From a virus: a DNA stretch of 33,248 nucleotides. Made by a program: the position numbers and the translations under genes. Position 1 is the stretch's first letter. Every line of letters starts with the position of its first letter. The notes below the pieces were generated by a model. It was given only the letters and a program-made list of their open reading frames with translations, ran no database searches and was not told the DNA's origin. The stretch lies in the IMG/VR virus record IMGVR_UViG_3300002098_000021. One strand, written 5' to 3'. Of the stretch, positions 14,079 to 22,357 are shown piece by piece.

Positions 14079-14746
14079 TGCAGCTCGTTGGCTTATCTGC
14101 TCTAGAGTACGATGAGCAATATTACGCAGAGCATAAAGAAGCTAAACTTGACTACTTAGGTCATGGCTATTGGCAAGAAGAATACGCCAAGATGGTATCT
14201 AAGGGTTTACCACTAGGCTCTACAGTATTTGATGGTGGCTGCGCTTGTGGCTCTATTCTCAATGGCTTTAAAAAACTAGGATTTAAAACTATAGGCATGG
14301 ACTTATCCGCTTATATGATTGAGCTAGGAGTTGAGCATTTTGATAACGATGAGCTAATTTGTGGCTCACTTGCCAAAATCCCATTAGCAGACAATTCAAT
14401 AGATTTAATTCATTCAGCTCAAGTGCTAGAGCATATACCTGAAGAACTCATGGATGACATCATTTCCGAGTTCGAGCGCATCCTAAAACCGGGTGGAAAA
14501 ATGTTTCTTTGCTTAGATGCAATCCGGGATGGCGAAACTAAAGAAATGTATATGGGAGACCCTACCCATGTAAATATCCAGCCTATTGAATATTGGGCTA
14601 AGCTCGTCAAAAAAGGTAATTTACTATTTGATGTTCAGAGTTATAATAATTTCGTGCGTTCTGAGCATAAACCAACTGAAGAAGTAGATGCTAACTTCTT
14701 TGAGGCTTATCCGTACTGGAGCGTTTTTACTCTAATTAAGGAATAA
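14078..14746 (+). CDS. Class I SAM-dependent methyltransferase (Methyltransf_11/23-like)
   Basis: Motif I is VFDGGCACGS. The post-I acidic residue is in IGMDLS. ADNSIDLIHSAQVLEHI and LKPGGKMFL are also present. There are no DNA-methyltransferase catalytic motifs (DPPY or PCQ). Confidence 0.8.
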   Translation: MQLVGLSALEYDEQYYAEHKEAKLDYLGHGYWQEEYAKMVSKGLPLGSTVFDGGCACGSILNGFKKLGFKTIGMDLSAYMIELGVEHFDNDELICGSLAKIPLADNSIDLIHSAQVLEHIPEELMDDIISEFERILKPGGKMFLCLDAIRDGETKEMYMGDPTHVNIQPIEYWAKLVKKGNLLFDVQSYNNFVRSEHKPTEEVDANFFEAYPYWSVFTLIKE

Positions 14747-14748
14747 TC

Positions 14749-14979
14749 ATGCCATTGTGGAAATCAAGCAAAAAAGAAGCCGTTGGTGAAAATATTAAAC
14801 GAGAAGAAGCTGCTGGCAAGCCTAAGAAGCAAGCCGTAGCTATCGCTTTATCAGTTCAAGATAGGGCTAAAGCTCGTAAAAACACTATTAAAGCTGCTTA
14901 TGACAAGCACATGAAGTCTAGCGAAGAAAAAGGCGAGACTAAAAAAGAGTCTAAAAAGACTGAAATGGGTGAAATGTAA
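14749..14979 (+). CDS. Small Lys-rich protein (76 aa), DUF6496-like pattern
   Basis: GKPKKQAVAIALSVQDRAKARK resembles, as I recall it, the KQAIAIALSEARK motif of a widespread small basic protein family. Confidence 0.45.
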   Translation: MPLWKSSKKEAVGENIKREEAAGKPKKQAVAIALSVQDRAKARKNTIKAAYDKHMKSSEEKGETKKESKKTEMGEM

Positions 14980-15155
14980 TGGCTAACTGGATCGCAGGTG
15001 CAATTAAGCACAAGGGCGCATTAAAGAAAGAATTGGGCGTAAAAAAGGGTGAAAAAATCCCCAAAGAAGAATTAGAAAAAGCCTCCAAAGCTAAAGGCAA
15101 AGAAGGCCGTAGAGCTAGACTTGCTATGGAATTAGAAAAGTTTAATAAGGCTTAA
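14979..15155 (+). CDS. Small Lys-rich protein (58 aa)
   Basis: Hand translation gives MANWIAGAIKHKGALKKELGVKKGEKIPKEELEKASKAKGKEGRRARLAMELEKFNKA. TAATG overlap upstream. Below the track cutoff. Confidence 0.45.
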   Translation: MANWIAGAIKHKGALKKELGVKKGEKIPKEELEKASKAKGKEGRRARLAMELEKFNKA

Positions 15156-15156
15156 T

Positions 15157-15399
15157 ATGGAAAAAATGACACGCACTTATAAAAAAGAAGATTCTATTTT
15201 GCGTAACCATAAAGAATCAACGCTTGAGAAACAACAGAAGAAACGCCAAGACCATAATCCACCATTAGAGCTAAATGTTAATAGTTCTTCTGACATCATC
15301 AACAAAAAGATTAATGAACGCTTAAAGCGTAAAGAGATGATGAGCAAAGAGTATGACAAATGGGCTAAAACACAACTAGACCCTACATTAGATAAATAA
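15157..15399 (+). CDS. Small basic protein (80 aa)
   Basis: K/R/E-rich. It starts 1 nt after the upstream gene's stop and overlaps the next gene by TAATG. Confidence 0.45.
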   Translation: MEKMTRTYKKEDSILRNHKESTLEKQQKKRQDHNPPLELNVNSSSDIINKKINERLKRKEMMSKEYDKWAKTQLDPTLDK

Positions 15400-15986
15400 T
15401 GGCTGATTACGCTGCAGATTTAGTTTCTCAAGCAACTGAGGCTTATCCTTTTGTTGCAAACCATAATCCTATGGTGGTGGTAAATCCTGCAGAAAATAGA
15501 GGATTTGCTGAAACTTATCCAGTTGGAGAGACGGGCGCACCTTTACCGGAAGGCGGATATAGCAAACATTCATCTTTGCCAATAGACCGAGTAGGCGTAG
15601 AAGTATTTAAACCTAACCAATTTACAGCTCATGATTTAGCAGCAGAAATGCTCCATATTGACCCTGTAGCTAATAAAACTAGGGAAACATTACTAAAAAC
15701 ATGGAGTCCTAAACAAATAGAGACTCTTAAAAATCATGCTTTAGACTATCAAGCTACTATAGATGAAGGTAGAAGTCCTGCTGATGCACTACAAAACGCT
15801 ACAGATTCAGCATTAAGAGGATATACAGTAGGGCAATGGCCTGAAGAAGTTAATAAGTCTTTGTCTTATAGTCCAACTCAATTAAAAGCTTTAGAGACAT
15901 TAAAAACCTATATGTCTACAGGCAAAGAGCCTAAGTCACGCAAACAATTAATAGAAGAACAAATCAATAATATTGGTGTAGAATAA
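15399..15986 (+). CDS. Hypothetical protein (195 aa)
   Basis: A clean ORF directly upstream of the small terminase gene. No motif recognised. Confidence 0.5.
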   Translation: MADYAADLVSQATEAYPFVANHNPMVVVNPAENRGFAETYPVGETGAPLPEGGYSKHSSLPIDRVGVEVFKPNQFTAHDLAAEMLHIDPVANKTRETLLKTWSPKQIETLKNHALDYQATIDEGRSPADALQNATDSALRGYTVGQWPEEVNKSLSYSPTQLKALETLKTYMSTGKEPKSRKQLIEEQINNIGVE

Positions 15987-16016
15987 AACCATTACAAATC
16001 AACTACTTGAGAATGT

Positions 16017-16346
16017 ATGGCTGAAAAACAATCAAAATCTGGAATTGGTGGCAAAAGAGAAGGTGCTGGTCGTAAGACAGGAGTGCCTAATAAGGCTACT
16101 AAAGAGTCTAGAGAACTCGTTAAAAAGATTCTTGATAGCAACCTACCAAGTATTCAGAAATGGCTTTCACAGACTGCTGAAGGCATTATGGATGACACCA
16201 CAGGTAAATACCTTGTATTGCCTAATCCGGGCAAAGCTTGTGACATAGTTAATGGAATGATTGAGTTCTCAGTTCCTAAGATGGCTAGGGTAGAACACTC
16301 AGGCGATAAAGAAAATCCAATCATCGTACAGACAGTAAACTTTTGA
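16017..16346 (+). CDS. terS: Terminase small subunit (putative)
   Basis: The basic N-terminus KSGIGGKREGAGRKTGVPNKATKESRELV is typical of small terminases. The gene overlaps the large terminase start. Confidence 0.6.
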   Translation: MAEKQSKSGIGGKREGAGRKTGVPNKATKESRELVKKILDSNLPSIQKWLSQTAEGIMDDTTGKYLVLPNPGKACDIVNGMIEFSVPKMARVEHSGDKENPIIVQTVNF

Positions 16347-17758
16347 CTACCATTAGACTGCCTAATAACTGGACTCCTAGGGATTACCAGCTTAAAGCTT
16401 GGCGTTATATGCAAAATGGCGGTAAACACGCTGAAATCGTATGGCATCGTAGGTCAGGCAAAGATGAGCTAGGTCTCCATTGGACTTCTGTAGCTGCCTT
16501 TAAAAGGGTAGCTCAGTATTGGTATATGCTTCCTGAATACAATCAAGCTAGAAAAGCTATTTGGGATGCGATTAATCCTCATACCGGAAGAAAGCGTATA
16601 GATGAGGCTTTTCCCTTAGAGCTAAGAGCAAATACTCGTAATGACGAGATGAAGATAATCTTTAAGAATGGCTCATCCTTTCAAGCAGTAGGCTCAGATG
16701 ACCCTTCTAAACTCGTTGGCTCTCCTCCAGCAGGAATTGTTTACTCTGAGTGGGCGTTGAGCAACCCTGCAACAAGAGCTTATCTCAGACCGATTCTGAT
16801 GGAAAATGGTGGATGGCAGATATTCAATACAACGCCTAGAGGCAGAAACCATGCCTATACAACGCTAGAAGCAGCTAGGAATAACCCTGATGCTTTTGCT
16901 CAAGTCTTAGATGCAACTCAGACAGGTATCTTTACTCCAGCTCAATTAGAGGCTGAACTCAATAACTACATAGCTGACTTTGGTGAAGATTATGGGCGTT
17001 CTAAGTTCGAGCAAGAGTATCTATGTTCATTCGATGCTGCCAATTTAGGAGCCATATTAGCGAGAACTCTGACCAATTCAGAAAGACAGGGCAAGATTAG
17101 CGATGATGTGCAATTTGACCCTAATGGACAGCCAATCATTATCACAGCCGACTTAGGGCGTAGAGATACGGCTACATGGTGGTTTTGGCAAGCTCAAGTT
17201 GGTGGCTATCATGTTATTGACTATGATTCAGGCTTTGGCATAGATGCAGAAGAATGGGCGCATAGACTCCATAAGCGTATCTGCAAGTACGAGTTATCCG
17301 GCAATCGCAAAGCTTTAGGCAAGATATGGCTGCCACATGATGCTAGAACCAAGACCTTTGCAGCCAAAGAATCAGCTATTGAGATATTCCTCAAGTTCTT
17401 TGGTAGCGATAAGGTAGACATCACTCCCATGACTTCTATTGCAGACAGAATCAATGCTGCAAGGGTAATAACGCCTAGAGTGAAATTCAATAAGACAAAC
17501 TGCAAGGTCGGATTAGAAGGATTAAGGGCTTGGAGCTACGCTTATAACGACATCACTAAAACCTTTGGCTCAGCTCCATTACATGATTGGGCATCTCACG
17601 ATGGCGATGGCTACTCTTATGGCTGTCAGATTATGCAGATGGTAGCTCCTCCGCCTCCTCCATTAGAAGAAATGAAAGGCTTGCAAGTTGGTCAAACTAA
17701 TGTCTCATTAGACGAATTATGGAAATCCAATCCAAAGCAAACTAATAGTAGAATTTAA
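16343..17758 (+). CDS. terL: Terminase large subunit
   Basis: WTPRDYQLKAW...VWHRRSGKDE is a Walker A-like ATPase segment, and the C-terminal nuclease half includes HDGDGYSYG. The only start upstream of these motifs is a TTG at 16343 that overlaps the TerS stop (TTGA). Confidence 0.85.
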   Translation: MTTIRLPNNWTPRDYQLKAWRYMQNGGKHAEIVWHRRSGKDELGLHWTSVAAFKRVAQYWYMLPEYNQARKAIWDAINPHTGRKRIDEAFPLELRANTRNDEMKIIFKNGSSFQAVGSDDPSKLVGSPPAGIVYSEWALSNPATRAYLRPILMENGGWQIFNTTPRGRNHAYTTLEAARNNPDAFAQVLDATQTGIFTPAQLEAELNNYIADFGEDYGRSKFEQEYLCSFDAANLGAILARTLTNSERQGKISDDVQFDPNGQPIIITADLGRRDTATWWFWQAQVGGYHVIDYDSGFGIDAEEWAHRLHKRICKYELSGNRKALGKIWLPHDARTKTFAAKESAIEIFLKFFGSDKVDITPMTSIADRINAARVITPRVKFNKTNCKVGLEGLRAWSYAYNDITKTFGSAPLHDWASHDGDGYSYGCQIMQMVAPPPPPLEEMKGLQVGQTNVSLDELWKSNPKQTNSRI

Positions 17759-17789
17759 CGAAATAAGGTTAAAATACTTTAACATTTCG
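17759..17789 (+). other. AT-rich bulged hairpin between TerL and portal genes
   Basis: cgaaat aag gttaaa atac tttaac atttcg gives 6 + 6 bp with a 3-nt bulge and a 4-nt loop. There is no U-tract, so it is not a canonical terminator. Confidence 0.25.
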
Positions 17790-17817
17790 CCAAAATCTTC
17801 AACATTTAGGGCAACTT

Positions 17818-20115
17818 ATGGCAAACGGCAAAGACGAAGTTAATCATTCCTATGAGGATTGGTACAACACTATCATGGGCTACGAACGCACTTATAAGCG
17901 TTGGGAGTCAAGAGCTGACAGAATCGTAAAGAAATACAAGGATGACAGCCGATACGATAGAAACCCTAATGCTCGGTTTAATATCCTTTGGTCAAATGTC
18001 CAAGTCATTCAACCAGCTATCTTTGCTAGATTGCCACGCCCTGATGTAAGCCGTAGATTTAGAGACAATGACCCTATAGGCAGAGTTGCATCTATGCTCT
18101 TAGAGCGAGCTTTAGAGTTCGAGATTGAGCATCATACTGATTACAAATCTGCTATGAATAATGCCGTTCTTGACCGATTACTTGGTGGTCGAGGCGTTTC
18201 TTGGGTTCGTTATGAGCCACATATTGTAGGGAGCATAGCTGACAATGAAGCCGAACCTGAAGATGGATGGGAAATTACCGAAGATAGCGATGAAGCAGAG
18301 ACATCAAACGGCATCGAAGCCGAATCTGCAGAACGCATTGAAAGCGAAGAATGTCCGGTGGATTATGTTCATTGGAAAGAGTTTGGACATTCTCCGGGTG
18401 CTAGGACTTGGGAAGAAGTAACAGCCGTATGGCGTAAAGTCTATATGAATCGCCCTGCTTTGGTAGAGCGTTTCGGTGAAGAATTGGGTGGAAAGATTCC
18501 ATTAGATACTAAGCCTGAAGATAATAAAAACTCTTACAGACCTTCAGAAGGACTATATGAAGCTTGTGTTTACGAGATTTGGGATAAAGAAACTGGCAAA
18601 GTCTTGTGGCTATCTAAATCATTAGGCAAAATCCTTGAAGAAGTTGATGACCCACTAGGATTAGAGAACTTTTGGCCTTGTCCAAAGCCTTTATATTCCA
18701 CGCTTACAACTGATTCATTAGAGCCAATTCCTGACTTTGCTATCTATCAAGACCAAGCAAGGGAGTTAGATACTCTTTCAGACCGAATCGAAGGCTTGAT
18801 TAACGCATTGAAGGTTCGTGGCGTATACGATGCTTCTAGCTCTGAGTTGCAACGCTTATTCTCTGAAGGCGAAAACAACACATTAATTCCAATTAAAAAC
18901 TGGCAAGCTTTTGCTGAAAAACAAGGCATGAGAGGAGCTATTGACTTAGTAGACATCACGCCTTTTGCTTCAGCTTTGCAACAATGCTATCAAGCAATGG
19001 AGCAAGTTAAAGGTCAAATCTATGAATTGATGGGTATTGCTGATATTCAGCGTGGTCAATCTGACCCTAATGAAACTCTTGGCGCACAAATTATTAAGTC
19101 TAATAACGCTTCAGGGCGTTTAAAGACTATGCAACACGCAGTCGTGGACTTTGCTACAAGCCTTTTGTCTATTAAAGCGCAGATTATCTGTAATCACTTT
19201 ACTGATGACACATTGTTGAAGATTTCAGGAGCGCAACAACTATCTCCTTCTGACCAACAAATGATTCCTCAAGCTTTACAGCTTTTACGCAATGAAGCTT
19301 CTAAGAATTTCCGTATTGAAGTAACCAGCGATTCCATGATTTATCAGGATGAGCAGCAAGAAAAAGACAATCGAGTTCAGTTTTTAAGCGCAGTTAGCAG
19401 CTTTATGACTACTGCTTTGCCGATTGCTGATAAAGCTCCTGAATTGACTCCTTTGCTCATGGAAATGCTTAAATTTGGCGTAACAGCGTTCAAAGCTGGC
19501 AAGCAGTTGGAAGGTCAAATTGATGAAACAGCCGATAAATTGCGTGAAATGGCTGCTCAAAAGGCTAATCAACCTCTTCCTCCAACTCCTGAGATGCAAA
19601 AAGCTCAGATGCAGATGCAAATTGAGCAAGCTAAGATTCAAGCCAAGCAACAAGAATTACAAATGAATTCTCAGCTTGAACAAGCTAAGCTACAAGGTCA
19701 AATGCAACTTGAGAAGGCTAAACAAGAGTATCAAGCTCAAGAGAATCAACTCAAATTCCAATTAGAAGCTCAGAGAAATCAGGCTGATGCTGAAATGGAG
19801 ATGAAAGTAGCTCAAATGAAGATGATGACTGAGCGCAATACTCAAGTCTTGCTTGCCCATATAAACAATGGCGCAAAGATTGAGACTGCTCGTATCTCTG
19901 CTGGAGCTGATGATGGTTCAGAAGCCTATTTCATGGAAGAAGATATGGCTCATGCAATGGAACATCCAATGCAACCTATCGCCAATGCAATCGGTCAGGG
20001 AAATCAGCAAATGGCACAAGCTATTAGTGCTTTGGTAGATACAATTAACGCTCAACACAATCGCCCTAAGACAGTAGTTCGTGGGCCTGATGGCAAAATT
20101 ACCGGAGTTCAATAA
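17818..20115 (+). CDS. Portal protein with a long C-terminal coiled-coil (barrel-like) extension
   Basis: 765 aa and directly after TerL. The C-terminal Q/K/E/M heptad-like region (QMQMQIEQAKIQAKQQELQMNSQLEQAKLQGQMQLEKAKQEY...) resembles P22-type portal barrels. Confidence 0.8.
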   Translation: MANGKDEVNHSYEDWYNTIMGYERTYKRWESRADRIVKKYKDDSRYDRNPNARFNILWSNVQVIQPAIFARLPRPDVSRRFRDNDPIGRVASMLLERALEFEIEHHTDYKSAMNNAVLDRLLGGRGVSWVRYEPHIVGSIADNEAEPEDGWEITEDSDEAETSNGIEAESAERIESEECPVDYVHWKEFGHSPGARTWEEVTAVWRKVYMNRPALVERFGEELGGKIPLDTKPEDNKNSYRPSEGLYEACVYEIWDKETGKVLWLSKSLGKILEEVDDPLGLENFWPCPKPLYSTLTTDSLEPIPDFAIYQDQARELDTLSDRIEGLINALKVRGVYDASSSELQRLFSEGENNTLIPIKNWQAFAEKQGMRGAIDLVDITPFASALQQCYQAMEQVKGQIYELMGIADIQRGQSDPNETLGAQIIKSNNASGRLKTMQHAVVDFATSLLSIKAQIICNHFTDDTLLKISGAQQLSPSDQQMIPQALQLLRNEASKNFRIEVTSDSMIYQDEQQEKDNRVQFLSAVSSFMTTALPIADKAPELTPLLMEMLKFGVTAFKAGKQLEGQIDETADKLREMAAQKANQPLPPTPEMQKAQMQMQIEQAKIQAKQQELQMNSQLEQAKLQGQMQLEKAKQEYQAQENQLKFQLEAQRNQADAEMEMKVAQMKMMTERNTQVLLAHINNGAKIETARISAGADDGSEAYFMEEDMAHAMEHPMQPIANAIGQGNQQMAQAISALVDTINAQHNRPKTVVRGPDGKITGVQ

Positions 20116-21866
20116 TGGCTATTACAGTCAAGCATACTAAGGTTTCAACGATACCTGACGGAGATGACACATCCGTTGTAAGGCCTTCCGATTGGAACGC
20201 TGACCATCAATTAGTGGGAACTGTCCCTGTAGCCAATGGCGGTACAGGAGCAGCTACATTAACTGGGTATGTTATTGGTAATGGCACAGGTGCTATGACT
20301 GCATCAACAACTATTCCAAATACGGCAATTACAGGTCTTGGAACTGCATCTACTAAAGATGCTGGAGTAGCTAATGGCGTAGCAACTTTAGATGGTAGCG
20401 GTACAGTACCAATTTCTCAATTACCAGCAGCAGTATTAGGAGCATTAAGTTATCAAGGCACTTGGAACGCAACAACTAACACGCCTACCCTTACCAGCTC
20501 AGTCGGTACTAAGGGTTACTATTATGTGGTTTCAGTTGCAGGAACAACAAACCTTAACGGAATTACCGATTGGCAAGTTGGTGATTGGGCAGTTTATAAC
20601 GGCACAGCATGGCAAAAGATTGATAATACCGATGCAGTTACCAGCGTAAACGGCTATACCGGAACAGTTGTATTAAATGCTACTGATGTAGGAGCAGTTT
20701 CAAGTGTTAGCGGTACAGCTCCAGTAAGCGTAGCAACTGGTACAACAACTCCAGTAATTAGCCTTGCTAGTGGTTATGGTGATACTCAAAATCCTTATGC
20801 TTCAAAGACTGCAAAATATGTTTTAGCAGCTCCTAACGCAACTGCTGGAGTACCAACATTTAGACAATTAGCCAATACCGATATTAGTGGTTTAGGCACA
20901 ATGTCTACGCAAAATGCTAGTTCTGTAGCTATTACAGGTGGAACTATAAATGGCGTAGCAATCGGTGGAACAACTGCTGGAGATGGAACTTTTGACATCC
21001 TTACAGCCAATGTTTCAAGACTTGGAAACTCAACTGCTACATATTATCAAGCAAGCAATGGATTAGTTTCTACAGGAACTTATACTGAAACTCCACCTTC
21101 TGATGGCCTTGTAATTGACTATGCAACAGGATTTGGGCGTTTTAGCGACTTTGGTGGTGATGGATTCCAATGGTATAACGCTGGCGTAGCAACAACTAAA
21201 TTAATGGAATTGTCCAGCACAGGAGCTTTAGCTACAACTGGTACAGTAACGGCTAATGGAGTATTGCTCACAGGGAATTTAGGTACTGTAACGAGCGTAG
21301 CTGCAACAGCAGGAACAGGGATTAGCGTAAGCGGAAGTCCAATTACAACTAGCGGTACTTTAACTATTACCAATACTGCTCCTGACCAAACTGTAGCTAT
21401 TTCAAGCGGAACAGGTATTAGTGTTACTGGAACTTATCCTAACTTTACTGTAACTAATACAGCTCCATCATCCGGTGGTACTGTAACTTCCGTAAGTGGA
21501 ACAACTGGTCGTATAACCAGCACAGGTGGCACAACTCCTGTAATTGACTTAGCTTCAGGCATTGCAACTGCTGGCACAACTGGTTCTGCAACCCTTATTC
21601 CTGTAATCACCATTGATACTTATGGTCGTGTAACTTCTATTACTACTGCTTCTAATCCACAAGGAACAGTAACTAGCGTAGGTGGTACAGGAACAGTTAA
21701 TGGATTGACATTAACTGGAACAGTAACTTCTAGCGGAAATCTGACTTTAGGCGGAACTTTAGACCTTTCTAGCCCTCCTGCTATTGGCGGTACAACTCCA
21801 GCAGCCATTACCGGAACAACGATTACGGCTACTAAATTTGTAGGCGTATCAGGCGGAACATTCTAA
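20115..21866 (+). CDS. Thr/Ser/Gly-rich fibre-like protein
   Basis: VPVANGGTGAATLTG, LDGSGTVPISQLP and YQGTWNATTNTPTL...GDWAVYNGTAWQKI are fibre motifs. There are also at least four GTVTSV-type repeats. TAATG overlap with the portal gene. Confidence 0.65.
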   Translation: MAITVKHTKVSTIPDGDDTSVVRPSDWNADHQLVGTVPVANGGTGAATLTGYVIGNGTGAMTASTTIPNTAITGLGTASTKDAGVANGVATLDGSGTVPISQLPAAVLGALSYQGTWNATTNTPTLTSSVGTKGYYYVVSVAGTTNLNGITDWQVGDWAVYNGTAWQKIDNTDAVTSVNGYTGTVVLNATDVGAVSSVSGTAPVSVATGTTTPVISLASGYGDTQNPYASKTAKYVLAAPNATAGVPTFRQLANTDISGLGTMSTQNASSVAITGGTINGVAIGGTTAGDGTFDILTANVSRLGNSTATYYQASNGLVSTGTYTETPPSDGLVIDYATGFGRFSDFGGDGFQWYNAGVATTKLMELSSTGALATTGTVTANGVLLTGNLGTVTSVAATAGTGISVSGSPITTSGTLTITNTAPDQTVAISSGTGISVTGTYPNFTVTNTAPSSGGTVTSVSGTTGRITSTGGTTPVIDLASGIATAGTTGSATLIPVITIDTYGRVTSITTASNPQGTVTSVGGTGTVNGLTLTGTVTSSGNLTLGGTLDLSSPPAIGGTTPAAITGTTITATKFVGVSGGTF

Positions 21867-22339
21867 TGTTTCAAACAGCTTTCCAAGCTAACGCATTTCA
21901 AAATGATGCGTTTCAAATAGTCATAACACCAACTACGCCTACTAAACAAGGCGGAGATGATGCTTCATGGACTAAAGAAGAAAGAAAGCGATATAAAGCA
22001 CTTCAGAAAAAGCTAAGACTTGCTGAAGAAAAACGCATGGCAGCTCTTAAAGCTGACCAAGATGCTCGCAGGGATTTCATTAGGGATTTAGTAGACCCTA
22101 AACCAGCAATCAAAACCGATGATGTAGAATCTCCGGAGCAAGTTGTAACAGCTAAAAAGAAAGAAATCGTTAATTACGATGCTTTAATAGCTAATTTGCA
22201 AAGACAGCAATCAGATTTATTTAACGCAGTATTGATTAGACAAGCCAAAGAACGCTTAGAACAAGAGATTGTAATACTCGAAACTAAGCGATTGGCTGAG
22301 CTAGATGACGAAGAAAGTATCTTGGCACTATTTTTATAA
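21866..22339 (+). CDS. Hypothetical protein with an N-terminal AFQ repeats and a coiled coil (157 aa)
   Basis: MFQTAFQANAFQNDAFQ is followed by a K/E-rich helix and an acidic C-terminus (LDDEESILALFL). Confidence 0.5.
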   Translation: MFQTAFQANAFQNDAFQIVITPTTPTKQGGDDASWTKEERKRYKALQKKLRLAEEKRMAALKADQDARRDFIRDLVDPKPAIKTDDVESPEQVVTAKKKEIVNYDALIANLQRQQSDLFNAVLIRQAKERLEQEIVILETKRLAELDDEESILALFL

Positions 22340-22357
22340 AGGGTATTAATACTTACG

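Noticed and set aside
13173-14746. Considered whether the oxygenase plus methyltransferase form a DNA hypermodification pathway (TET/JBP-type).
   Set aside because: The oxygenase shows the P4H-like HxD...H-x9-R pattern rather than TET/JBP features. The methyltransferase lacks DNA-MTase catalytic motifs (PCQ or DPPY/NPPY). No DNA glycosyltransferase or nucleotide-metabolism genes accompany them. This cannot be fully excluded without profile searches.
22343-22352. A perfect 10-bp palindrome, GTATTAATAC, lies just upstream of the glycosyltransferase gene.
   Set aside because: An AT-rich 10-bp palindrome occurs with probability of about 1/1000 per position, so dozens are expected in this genome. 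There is no second copy or associated regulator.
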